This document shows, piece by piece, positions 1-7,897 of a stretch of DNA of 16,266 nt. The position numbers and the translations under genes are program-made. This DNA comes from Candidatus Thermofontivivens primus (GTDB lineage: Bacteria; Sysuimicrobiota; Sysuimicrobiia; Sysuimicrobiales; Thermofontiviventaceae): NCBI GenBank assembly GCA_031458695.1, contig JAVKJW010000043.1:1-16266 (forward strand), in the 5' to 3' direction. Every line of letters begins with the position of its first letter. The stretch's first letter is position 1. The notes under the pieces were generated by a model. The model searched no databases, was not told where the DNA came from, and was given only the letters and a program-made list of their open reading frames with translations.

Positions 1-118
1 CCTCTGCTAAAGCGGACCTCGGCTTGAGTGGTTCGTTCTCCCCCTTGCGTCTCCGGCAATAGGTTCCTGGACTTATGCCGGGGAACCTGATGGGCTGGGG
101 AAGATCCGGAATCGATTC

Positions 119-1021
119 CTAGGGGCTCGTGAAAATCTCAGAGATCACCTTCCCCTCAAGGGAGGCAGGGACGGGGATCCCCAGCGCAAAGAGGATCGTG
201 GGAGTTGTGTCATCGATCTGGACCTCCACCCGGATCTCGTGGCCACGGCGGACTTGGTCCCCCAGGGCAATCCAGGGGATGGTCATGTCTTCGGGTGATC
301 GCGTCCCGTGGATTGTGCCATGACCTCCATGGTCGCTGGTGATGACGGCGAAAAAGCTCCTGCTTTTCTCCTCTTGAGCGGTTTTGAGGATCCGGCCCAC
401 TGCCGCGGCCGTCCTGCTAACGGCGTCGAGGTAGGGGCGCGACATCCACCCGTGGAGGTGCCCCATCACGTCCGGGTCGGAGAAGTGGATGAAGAGGAAC
501 CCGGGCTTCTCCTGGGTTAACACGGCGATGGCTCTCTCCGCGACCACTGCGGCCCTACCCCGCACGACCTCGACCTTGTCCACAGCCCCGGGCCTGGCCA
601 ACACCCCGAGCTTCTCCTTGCTGATCACCATGGCCGTGGTGCGGCCTCGTGCCTTCACATAGTCAAAGAGCGTAGGAACCTCGATGGGAGGCATTCCCGG
701 GTTCCACCTGTTCTGCGTAATCCCGTGCCTTCTCGGGGTAAGGCCAGTAACCATGGAGGCGTGGGCCGGAAGGGTGACGCTCGGGAAGATGGTCCTTGCT
801 TTCCACGTGTAGCTAGCCCCCTCTAAGAGCCAGGAGGCGCCGACTTCCTGAAGGGCGTCGGGGCGCGCCCCGTCCATGCTCAGGAGGATGGCATATGGCG
901 CTTTCCCAAAAGATGCAGGTTGTGCTCCAGCGAGGGAGAGAACTCCGAGAAGCGCAACCCCAAGGAGGGAGGGAATTACCCAGGTACGCCACCGGGTTCG
1001 TATCACACGCGATAGGACCAT
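119..1021 (-). CDS. Secreted alkaline-phosphatase-superfamily protein (type I phosphodiesterase / nucleotide pyrophosphatase)
   Basis: Motifs LSMDGAR, FPSVTLPAH (catalytic Thr), DPDVMGH, TSDHGG and HG. Basic then hydrophobic N-terminus resembles a signal peptide. Start moved to ATG 1021, which has AAGGAGG about 7 nt upstream. Confidence 0.85.
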   Translation of the reverse strand: MVLSRVIRTRWRTWVIPSLLGVALLGVLSLAGAQPASFGKAPYAILLSMDGARPDALQEVGASWLLEGASYTWKARTIFPSVTLPAHASMVTGLTPRRHGITQNRWNPGMPPIEVPTLFDYVKARGRTTAMVISKEKLGVLARPGAVDKVEVVRGRAAVVAERAIAVLTQEKPGFLFIHFSDPDVMGHLHGWMSRPYLDAVSRTAAAVGRILKTAQEEKSRSFFAVITSDHGGHGTIHGTRSPEDMTIPWIALGDQVRRGHEIRVEVQIDDTTPTILFALGIPVPASLEGKVISEIFTSP

Positions 1022-1086
1022 GGGAAGCCTCCTTCTCAAGAAGGTGCTCTCCAGCGCTTTCGCTAGGGCTACTTAGATGGCGTAAG

Positions 1087-1111
1087 AGGATTTCCTCCCT
1101 ACGTTTCGAAT
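1087..1111 (+). promoter_or_regulatory. Sigma-H-like promoter for aldolase-fumC; near-palindromic and possibly bidirectional
   Basis: AGGATTT (1087-1093), 14 nt, GAAT (1108-1111) matches the Bacillus sigma-H core AGGAwww-N14-GAAT. The reverse strand of the same stretch reads AGGATTC-N14-AAAT. Confidence 0.55.
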
Positions 1112-1159
1112 CCTTCCCCGGTGATCGATCCTTCAAACTCTTCTGAGGAGGTGTGAACG

Positions 1160-1957
1160 TTGGACGCAGCAGAACTTCGACGCGCAGTGAAACGCGGGGA
1201 GCTTGTGTTGGGCACGTTTGTCTCCGAGTGTTGGAGCCCCACCATCGCCCGGATCTATGCGACGGCAGGGTTTGATTTCTTCCTCTTGGACACCGAGCAC
1301 GGTGGGATGGACATGGAGTCGGTGACGGCGAACATCCTGGTGGCGAGAGGGTCTGGGATCACCCCCATTGTCAGGATCCCCTGGCACGATCGCGCGCACG
1401 TCTTGCGCCCCCTTGAGGCAGGTGCGGGAGGGCTCCTCGTCCCTATGGTGGAGACGGCAGAAACCGCCCGGCAGATCGTGCGGTTCGCCAAATATCCTCC
1501 CTTCGGTCAGAGGGGAGTCGCTCTGGGACGGGCCCATACCCTGTACAAACGGGTCGACCCGGTTCAGTACACCCAGCAGGCCAATGAGGAGACGACGATT
1601 GCCGTCCAGATCGAGACGGCAAAGGCGATCGAAAACCTGGATGAGATCCTCTCGGTGGAAGGCATCGACGTCGCGTATGTGGGTCCCTCAGACCTCTCCC
1701 ACAGCCTGGGCCGCCCGGGGGAGATCACCCATCCGGATGTGGAAGGAGCCATCAAGGAGGTGATCGCGGCCTGCAGTCGGCACGGTGTGACGCCTGGGAT
1801 CCACCTCCAGGAGCTAGAACTGGTGAAATACTGGGTGGGCCAGGGGATGCGGTTTGTGAGCTACGCCAGCGAGGTTAGCTTCATTCTCAGGGGAGCTACA
1901 CAGGCCCTCGAAGAAGTGCGGGGCGCCTTCCCTTCGTTACTGGCTCCCAGACCTTAG
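1160..1957 (+). CDS. HpcH/HpaI (GarL/RhmA-like) class II pyruvate aldolase family protein
   Basis: Motifs GFDFFLLDTEHG, PIVRIP, LVPMVET, KYPPFGQRG, QIET and YVGPSDLS. TTG start with GAGGAGG upstream. Confidence 0.9.
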   Translation: MDAAELRRAVKRGELVLGTFVSECWSPTIARIYATAGFDFFLLDTEHGGMDMESVTANILVARGSGITPIVRIPWHDRAHVLRPLEAGAGGLLVPMVETAETARQIVRFAKYPPFGQRGVALGRAHTLYKRVDPVQYTQQANEETTIAVQIETAKAIENLDEILSVEGIDVAYVGPSDLSHSLGRPGEITHPDVEGAIKEVIAACSRHGVTPGIHLQELELVKYWVGQGMRFVSYASEVSFILRGATQALEEVRGAFPSLLAPRP

Positions 1958-1974
1958 GAAAAAGGAGGAAGGGT

Positions 1975-3390
1975 ATGGCCCTGAAAGAGGTACGCATCGA
2001 GCGAGATAGTCTCGGAGAAATGGAAGTTCCCAGGGAAGCTTATTATGGAGCGCAGACCGCCAGGGCGATCCGGAACTTCCCCTACGGGGGGCCACGCTTT
2101 CCCAGGCCTTTTATCCGCGCTCTTGGGTTGTTGAAGCGTGCAGCCGCAGAGGTGAACATGGAGCTCGGCCTCCTCGACCCCAGGAGGGGCCAGGCCATCG
2201 TCGAGGCCGCCCAAGAGGTCGCTGACGGGCGGTTCGACGACCAGTTTGTTGTGGAAATCTTCCAGACGGGCTCGGGTACCTCCACCAATATGAACGCGAA
2301 CGAGGTGATCGCCAACCGTGCCACGGAGCTCCTGGGAGGCGAGCGCGGGTCGAAGCTTGTTCACCCTAACGACCACGTGAACCTGGGCCAATCCTCCAAC
2401 GACGTTATCCCCACGGCGATCCACCTGACGATCCTCATGCTCCTGGGAGAGGAGCTTCTCCCGGCCCTCGCGGAGCTCCAAGACACCCTACACAGGAAGG
2501 CGGAGGAGTTCATGCCCATCATCAAGACGGGTCGGACCCATCTTATGGATGCAACGCCGATCCGCCTTGGACAGGAGTTCATGGGATATGCGGGACAGGT
2601 GGAACGCGCCCAAAGACGGCTGCGCACGGTGGCCGAGGACCTCCGGGAAGTCCCACTGGGCGGGACAGCGGTAGGGACAGGCACCAATACCCACCCCGAG
2701 TTCGCCCGCCGCGTGTGCGCGAGGATCGAGTCCCTCACCGGGATTCCCCTCCGGGAGACGGAGAACCACTTCCAGGGGCAGAGTTCCCTCGATGCGCTCG
2801 TCTTCGCAAGCGGCGCGCTCAAGGCGTATGCGACAGCGTTGATGAAGATTGCCAACGACATCCGGTGGATGGGATCGGGCCCGCGGGCAGGGCTTGGGGA
2901 GCTCGTGTTACCCGCTGTGCAACCGGGGAGCTCGATCATGCCTGGAAAGGTGAACCCAGTGATCCCGGAGTCGGTGCTCCAGATCTGCGCGCAAGTACTG
3001 GGGAACGACCTCGTCGTGGCCATCGGGAACCAGTGGGGGAACTTCGAGCTGAACACGATGATGCCGGTGATCGCCCATAACCTTATCCAGTCCATCCAGC
3101 TCCTGGCGGGGGCTTCGCGGAATTTCGCCAGGCAATGCATCGCCGGGTTGGTGGCAACGGAACGCGGACCCGCTCTGGTAGAACAAGGGTTGATGCTTGC
3201 CACTGCCCTAGTACCTGTTGTGGGATACGACGCCGCGAGCAGGATCGCCCAGGAGGCCTATAGGACGGGGAAAACCGTGCGGCAGGTGGCGCGGGAACAG
3301 CTGAACTTCACAGAGGAGGAGCTCGAACGGATCCTTGACCCGGTCCGCATGACCGAGCCGGGCTTCTCCGCAGGCCCAGGGGGAGGGTAA
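1975..3390 (+). CDS. fumC: Class II fumarate hydratase
   Basis: Fumarate-lyase signature GSSIMPGKVNP. FQTGSGTSTNMNANE and KTGRTHLMDATP fit FumC rather than AspA (GAGTS, RTQLQDA). RBS AGGAGG. Confidence 0.9.
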   Translation: MALKEVRIERDSLGEMEVPREAYYGAQTARAIRNFPYGGPRFPRPFIRALGLLKRAAAEVNMELGLLDPRRGQAIVEAAQEVADGRFDDQFVVEIFQTGSGTSTNMNANEVIANRATELLGGERGSKLVHPNDHVNLGQSSNDVIPTAIHLTILMLLGEELLPALAELQDTLHRKAEEFMPIIKTGRTHLMDATPIRLGQEFMGYAGQVERAQRRLRTVAEDLREVPLGGTAVGTGTNTHPEFARRVCARIESLTGIPLRETENHFQGQSSLDALVFASGALKAYATALMKIANDIRWMGSGPRAGLGELVLPAVQPGSSIMPGKVNPVIPESVLQICAQVLGNDLVVAIGNQWGNFELNTMMPVIAHNLIQSIQLLAGASRNFARQCIAGLVATERGPALVEQGLMLATALVPVVGYDAASRIAQEAYRTGKTVRQVAREQLNFTEEELERILDPVRMTEPGFSAGPGGG

Positions 3391-3401
3391 CCCTCCCCTT
3401 T
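3378..3401 (+). terminator. Hairpin at the fumC stop, possible intrinsic terminator between convergent genes
   Basis: GGGGAGGG-TAA-CCCTCCCC followed by TTT. The loop is the fumC stop codon. The U-tract is short. Confidence 0.45.
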
Positions 3402-3415
3402 GCTCAGGGGTAACA

Positions 3416-3673
3416 TTACCCTGTGCCGGCGGCTTCGTGCACATCCTCTTCCACATTCTTCCCTTCGCCGCGCACGACGTCCCGGATGAAGCTCAAGATG
3501 GCCTCAAGCTCCTTCCCCTGCTCCGCCTCTCCCATGGCGTCCAGGATCCCCAGGAGCGCAGTGAAGTAGCCCCGCCGAAACTGGAAGGCACGGTCGCTGG
3601 CACCCTCAGGTTTGGTTTGAGCAAGGCGTTCACACAAATCGGCAAGCTCGGCCACTTCACCCCAGTCGATCAT
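3416..3673 (-). CDS. Small acidic, probably helical hypothetical protein (85 aa)
   Basis: Fills the gap between fumC and the nitroreductase. ATG 3673 has GGAGG upstream. Candidate promoter GTGCAA-17-TATGCT. Confidence 0.65.
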   Translation of the reverse strand: MIDWGEVAELADLCERLAQTKPEGASDRAFQFRRGYFTALLGILDAMGEAEQGKELEAILSFIRDVVRGEGKNVEEDVHEAAGTG

Positions 3674-3696
3674 TCGGAACACCTCCATCTACCATT

Positions 3697-3725
3697 AGCA
3701 TAGCGTACATGGGTTGTTATTGCAC
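3697..3725 (-). promoter_or_regulatory. Putative sigma-70/A promoter of the 85-aa ORF
   Basis: Minus strand GTGCAA (3725-3720), 17 nt, TATGCT (3702-3697). Confidence 0.4.
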
Positions 3726-4265
3726 CTCGAATTTTGTTGCGCCGAAGCGCTCCCAGGAAACGATCTCCGCGAGTGGCTTTCGCCCTTTCCCCAGGAGCAC
3801 ACGATAGACGGCGCGTTCCGCCAGGCTCTTCCGCTTCTTGGCAGGGTAGCCAAAGGCGAGCACAATGGCCAGCTTCCTCGATGGGGGGATCCCAAGGAAT
3901 TCCTTTGCCTGGGCCTCACTGTGCATGACAGTGGGGCAGGAACCAATCCCCAGCGCCCACGCCGCTAGCATCATGTTCTGAGCACAGCGTCCCGCGTCGA
4001 AGGCATCCCGTTCTGCTTCCACCACGACAGCCACAGCGAAAGCTGCATCGGCCACATGTCTCGCGAACCTCCCGAACTGTGCAAGCTGTCTTAAACGCTG
4101 ACGATCCCGGACTACGACAAAATGCCACGGCTGCCTGTTCCGGCTGCTCCCGCTCCACCTCCCGGCTTCGAGGATCTGCAGGATGGTCTCTTGGGGCACC
4201 TCCTGGGGGAGGAAAGTACGAACCTCACGTTTGGTGAGGATACAGCGGTATGCCTCCATGGCCAT
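3717..4265 (-). CDS. Nitroreductase family protein
   Basis: Motifs ILTKREVRTF, ILEAGRWSGSSRNRQPWHFVVV, DAGRCAQNMMLAAWALGIGSC and LAFGYP. Start moved to ATG 4265 after GGAGGAGG. Confidence 0.9.
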   Translation of the reverse strand: MAMEAYRCILTKREVRTFLPQEVPQETILQILEAGRWSGSSRNRQPWHFVVVRDRQRLRQLAQFGRFARHVADAAFAVAVVVEAERDAFDAGRCAQNMMLAAWALGIGSCPTVMHSEAQAKEFLGIPPSRKLAIVLAFGYPAKKRKSLAERAVYRVLLGKGRKPLAEIVSWERFGATKFEVQ

Positions 4266-4527
4266 GAAGCCTCCTCCCTCATCGCAGTATCTCCAGGGAA
4301 ATTTTTGACAGGATTTCGCTCGATCCCCCAACATCCACCAGATTTTTAGGATCCCGTGAAAATAGACGCCGGGTCAGATCGTGATCGCGCTGAGAATTGC
4401 CTGCTCGTTCTTCGTCAAAGGCTTCGAAAGTTCCTTGCCAAGGGAATTCTTGTTTCCTGAGGGGAGAGGAGGATGGATATGAGGGGAAAGGTATAGGTAT
4501 TGCATGAGGATGAGGAGAAAGGCGTCC

Positions 4528-5424
4528 ATGATCATCCCGTTACCTGAACCGTTTGATACGGACAAGACGCTGGCCTTCCTTCGGGCATCGTCCTTGCGAA
4601 CGCCCTACCGGTTCTTTGAGCGTAGGGTGAGGCGGCACCTGCGAGTCCACGACACAGCCCTTGTGGTCGAATTCGACTTCACCAAACCGGGCCGCTTGCG
4701 CCTCAAGGCCTTTGATCGCGCGGGGGTAGCTTTTCCACATCCCGACTGGACCGAGCTACAGCGGATCTCCACGTTCATCTGGGGCTTAGACGACGACCTA
4801 GGTCGATGTTACGACATCCTGAACAAGGACTCCCGCCTGGCGCAGCTGGTCCAGCGATATGCAGGCCTCCGCATGATCCGGGCCCCTGATTTGTACGAGG
4901 CCCTCCTCACCGCTGTCCTAGGGCAACAGGTGAGTGTGGCTGCTGGAGCAGCTATTCGCCGTCGTTTCCTGGAGGAGCTGGGCGATCGCATCGTGGTAGA
5001 CGAGGAGGAATATCTCAACTACCCTCCCCCAAGGCGCCTCCTCTCCGTTCCTCCTGCAAAGCTCCTACGTTGCGGGATCAGCCGCCAGAAGGCCAGATAC
5101 CTGCTGGAGATCGCCGAACGCGCTGCAGCGGGGGCGCTGGAGGAGAGTACATTTGCAGGTCTTTCCGATGAGGCTGCCATAGCCAAGCTCATGGAGATCC
5201 CTGGCGTGGGACGGTGGACTGCCGAAGTCGTCCTGATGCGCGGATTGGGTAGGCTGGACGTTTTCCCGGCCGCTGATCTGGGGCTGATCGTTGCCGTGCA
5301 GCGGTTACGAAGGCTCAAAGCACGCCCGACCGAGCAAGTCTTGCGAAAGATCGCCGAGCGCTGGAAGGGCTGGCGAAGCTACGCAGCCTTGTACCTCTGG
5401 GCAACCCTCGGCGGTGGGGTGTAA
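4528..5424 (+). CDS. alkA: DNA-3-methyladenine glycosylase II (AlkA-like HhH-GPD family)
   Basis: Motifs YEALLTAVLGQQVS, HhH LMEIPGVGRWTAE, FPAADLG and WKGWRSYAALYLW. Start taken as ATG 4528 after GAGGAG; 4504 is also possible. Confidence 0.88.
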   Translation: MIIPLPEPFDTDKTLAFLRASSLRTPYRFFERRVRRHLRVHDTALVVEFDFTKPGRLRLKAFDRAGVAFPHPDWTELQRISTFIWGLDDDLGRCYDILNKDSRLAQLVQRYAGLRMIRAPDLYEALLTAVLGQQVSVAAGAAIRRRFLEELGDRIVVDEEEYLNYPPPRRLLSVPPAKLLRCGISRQKARYLLEIAERAAAGALEESTFAGLSDEAAIAKLMEIPGVGRWTAEVVLMRGLGRLDVFPAADLGLIVAVQRLRRLKARPTEQVLRKIAERWKGWRSYAALYLWATLGGGV

Positions 5425-5447
5425 GTAGCCACGAGGATCCGGGCTAC
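5425..5447. repeat. Short GTAG-ended palindrome (REP-like hairpin) directly after the alkA stop
   Basis: GTAGCC-N11-GGCTAC. Confidence 0.35.
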
Positions 5448-5457
5448 CGCCAAGGAT

Positions 5458-5709
5458 GTGGAGCTTATCAAAACGCTGGATGTGCGGGAGAGCGAGATGC
5501 TTGCCTCGATTTCGGACTACTATACCTTCCATAAGTTCAAGCCTAAGGGGTTTAAGCCCGGCGCTGTCGGCATTTACAACGGAGATCTGGTTATCTCAAC
5601 CTTGCGAGGAGACGAGTTCACACCATTCCTGATGCCTTTGTTGTTCTCTTTTAGGCAGGACAGACCCTTTCGTGGTTTTACGGTTTCCTCGCACGGAGGG
5701 AATGGATGA
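5458..5709 (+). pseudogene. Possible gene fragment or small hypothetical ORF, AT-richer than its neighbours
   Basis: 83-codon ORF with protein-like N-terminal part and AT-ending codons unlike the flanking genes. Weak RBS (AAGGA). No recognisable domain. Confidence 0.3.
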
Positions 5710-5716
5710 ACCCTCA

Positions 5717-5746
5717 TTGACTGTGGCCCAGAATCGGGAGTATATT
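5717..5746 (+). promoter_or_regulatory. Sigma-70/A promoter for the PPOX-class oxidoreductase
   Basis: TTGACT (5717-5722), 18 nt, TATATT (5741-5746), about 30 nt before the ATG. Confidence 0.55.
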
Positions 5747-5775
5747 TCGCGTAGCAAACGGAAGGGGAATTGTCG

Positions 5776-6195
5776 ATGAAACTGCCGGGTTCGATCAGAG
5801 CCTTTCTAGAGAAACCCAACCTTGCAGTCCTGGCCACGGTCAGTCCTTCGGGTCGCCCGCAAGCGACGCCGGTGTGGTTCCTGCTAGAAGGGGACCGCAT
5901 TCTCATCAACACCTCGAGAGGTCGCGCCAAGCTTCGCAACTTGCAGAACAACCCCTACATCGCAATAGTCATCTACGATTGCGAGAATCCCTACCAATAC
6001 GTCCAGATCCGGGGCAAGGTTGTGGCCTTCGACGCTGTGAACGGAGCCAGGGATATCGATCGCCTTTCGATGCGCTACCGTGGAGAACCCTATCGATACC
6101 CACCTACAGATAAGCCAGAAAACCGCGTGAGTATCTTGATTCAGCCGACCGGGTTCACCTCCATGGGACTCTCTGGAAAGGGGGAGAACCGGTGA
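5776..6195 (+). CDS. PPOX-class (pyridoxamine 5'-phosphate oxidase-like) probable F420/FMN-dependent oxidoreductase
   Basis: Motifs AVLATVSPSGRPQATPVWF, INTSRGRAKLRNLQNNP, NPYQYVQIRG and IDRLSMRY. ATG 5776 after GAAGGGG. Confidence 0.85.
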   Translation: MKLPGSIRAFLEKPNLAVLATVSPSGRPQATPVWFLLEGDRILINTSRGRAKLRNLQNNPYIAIVIYDCENPYQYVQIRGKVVAFDAVNGARDIDRLSMRYRGEPYRYPPTDKPENRVSILIQPTGFTSMGLSGKGENR

Positions 6196-6203
6196 AAGGT
6201 CCT

Positions 6204-7529
6204 CTATGCGAGAGAGTCCTCTAAGAGTTTCTTGGCAAGCCGCCTCGTAGCCGTAAGAGAAAGAGATCCCTTGTAGGCCTGCAGGAGGAGGGGTGCTGCC
6301 TCCTGGGTGTTCCCTTGCGCAAGGAGGAGTTCTCCGAGCAACCCCTGTGCCTCGGTGCGTTCAGGGAGAAGGTCTGATCGCTGGAAGATCGCCAGGGCTT
6401 CCCTGGCATACCTTAAAGCGGCGTCTAAATTTCCCTCCGCTCTTTCCACCCCTGCCAGAACGAGCAGGACCCGTCCGCGCTCTGCAGGGTCGTTGAGGGC
6501 GACGACGGTGGATAATGCATCCTCTGCGTAGCGACGGGCACCTCTAAGGTCCCCATCAGCCAGGGCACAGCGCGCTAGCTCAGTGAGGGTGAGGCCTCTG
6601 GACCAGTCTTGCTGGAGGTCCTCTGCAAGGCGGAGGCTATGCTCCAGGTAAGGTTTTGCAGAAGCAGGTTCCCCTTTCTCGAGAAGGAGGATCCCCAGGT
6701 TCCGGGATGCGATCATCAAATGGGTGAGGTCTTCCACCCGCTCAAAACATTCCTTTGCTCTAAGGGCGTACTCCAGGGCCATATCGAGGGATCCCTCGAG
6801 CCTGTGGACCATAGCCAGCCCTTTGTAAGCATCTCCTAGCGAAGTGTAGTTCCTTCGTGCCTCGGCCTCCTCAAGAGCTTGATGGTAGCTGATGAGCGCG
6901 TCCTCCATCCTGCCAAGTTGGCCATAGAGAGTCCCGCGCAAGAGCAAGGCACGGATCTTGAGTTCAGGCTCTGGGGCAGGGAGTCCGTCGAGGAGAGCGA
7001 TCGCCTGGTGGATGAACTCGATCCCTTCCCGGTGTTTGGCACGCAGCAATGCGATATTGGCCCTGTTTAACAGGATCCGGGCCCGTAGGCGTTCATCGCG
7101 GATGGGAAGGCCCTCGGCCTCTGCCAACAAGGTCTCGGCTCCCTCAACGTCGTCACGGCCGATCTTTGCTTCTGCAAGGCACACAATGGCCTTGACCTGG
7201 ATGGACGCCTCCCTCCGGTACTCGGCCAACGTTCTCGCCGCCTCGAGCCATTCCTCAGCTTTCCGGTAGTCGCGCCGGGAGAGGGAACCTTCTCCCAGGG
7301 CCATCAAGACCTGCAGGTCCTTGGGTGTAGCGAGATCTGGTTCGAGGAACTCGCTCACAGGCCGTCCAAGGCGCTCAGCCAGTTTCCCCAGGGTTTTCAG
7401 AGAGGGGCGGATTCGGTCGTTTTCGATAAGGCTGATGAGGCTTTTCGAGAGATCAGGGTCCGCAAGTTGCTGTTGCGTCAACCCTTTCTCCAAGCGTGCC
7501 TGGCGGATGCGTTGACCAATGGAAGCCAT
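6204..7529 (-). CDS. XRE-family HTH + tetratricopeptide-repeat transcriptional regulator (RRNPP/NprR/PlcR-like peptide receptor)
   Basis: N-terminal IGQRIRQARLEKGLTQQQLA...SLISLIENDRIRPSLKTLGKLAERLG (HTH_3). About 370 aa of TPR-like helical repeats follow, e.g. LLLRGTLYGQLGRMEDALISYHQAL and SRNLGILLLEKGEPASAKPYLEHSL. Confidence 0.9.
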   Translation of the reverse strand: MASIGQRIRQARLEKGLTQQQLADPDLSKSLISLIENDRIRPSLKTLGKLAERLGRPVSEFLEPDLATPKDLQVLMALGEGSLSRRDYRKAEEWLEAARTLAEYRREASIQVKAIVCLAEAKIGRDDVEGAETLLAEAEGLPIRDERLRARILLNRANIALLRAKHREGIEFIHQAIALLDGLPAPEPELKIRALLLRGTLYGQLGRMEDALISYHQALEEAEARRNYTSLGDAYKGLAMVHRLEGSLDMALEYALRAKECFERVEDLTHLMIASRNLGILLLEKGEPASAKPYLEHSLRLAEDLQQDWSRGLTLTELARCALADGDLRGARRYAEDALSTVVALNDPAERGRVLLVLAGVERAEGNLDAALRYAREALAIFQRSDLLPERTEAQGLLGELLLAQGNTQEAAPLLLQAYKGSLSLTATRRLAKKLLEDSLA

Positions 7530-7547
7530 AAGACAGACCTCTTCCCA

Positions 7548-7576
7548 ATTATATCGGCGAGTGTCCTGGGAATCAA
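7548..7576 (-). promoter_or_regulatory. Sigma-70/A promoter of the HTH-TPR regulator
   Basis: Minus strand TTGATT (7576-7571), 17 nt, TATAAT (7553-7548). AT-rich AAAAAATTT lies upstream, and GAAGAGGT precedes the ATG. Confidence 0.7.
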
Positions 7577-7660
7577 TGAGAAATTTTTTGCCAGTGGGAG
7601 AAAGAAGCAGAGAGGACGCGGGGCCGCGCCGCGAAGAACACGAGGAGTCAGCCTGGCGAA

Positions 7661-7804
7661 CTACTTACCTCCGGGCCAGCCGCCGCCGTTGATGGTGACG
7701 GATCCAGAGCCCCCATCCGCCCAGGCAGAGGGGATGCTGGCGCTGAGCACAGAGACCTGGGTCAGGGCCAGCGCCAGGAGCAGCAGGGCGATGAGTTTGC
7801 GCAT
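7661..7804 (-). CDS. 47-aa secreted propeptide, candidate signalling-peptide precursor
   Basis: MRKLIALLLLALALTQVSVLSASIPSAWA|DGGSGSVTINGGGWPGGK: basic n-region, hydrophobic h-region, A-x-A cleavage site and short Gly-rich tail. AAGGAGG upstream of ATG 7804. It is hidden inside the longer 7661..7936 ORF call. Confidence 0.8.
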   Translation of the reverse strand: MRKLIALLLLALALTQVSVLSASIPSAWADGGSGSVTINGGGWPGGK

Positions 7805-7861
7805 GTGGCCTTCCCTCCTTTCCCTTGGAAGCTGGCGCGGCCCACGGCCCCTTTGCCGTGA

Positions 7862-7886
7862 GTTCTGTAAAGTATCTTTGATTCCT
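7862..7886 (-). promoter_or_regulatory. Sigma-H-like promoter of the propeptide gene
   Basis: Minus strand AGGAATC (7886-7880), 14 nt, GAAC (7865-7862). Same spacing as the motifs at 1087 and 8075. Confidence 0.5.
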
Positions 7887-7897
7887 CCAGAGCCGGA

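Noticed and set aside
1975..3390. Aspartate ammonia-lyase (aspA) assignment
   Set aside because: GSGTS and RTHLMDATP motifs favour FumC.
4305..4334. TTGACA and AGGATTT motifs as a promoter for alkA
   Set aside because: No convincing -10 or GAAT at the correct spacing.
4374..4565. 63-aa minus ORF between the nitroreductase and alkA
   Set aside because: Overlaps the alkA start and has no RBS. The C-terminus looks vaguely protein-like but cannot be supported.
7841..7862. Hairpin CTCACGGC-AAAGGG-GCCGTGGG in the peptide 5' UTR, with GGCAAA reminiscent of a c-di-GMP-I riboswitch
   Set aside because: Lacks the GNRA tetraloop, the GACGCAAAGC junction and the second stem. Probably a simple 5' stabilising hairpin.
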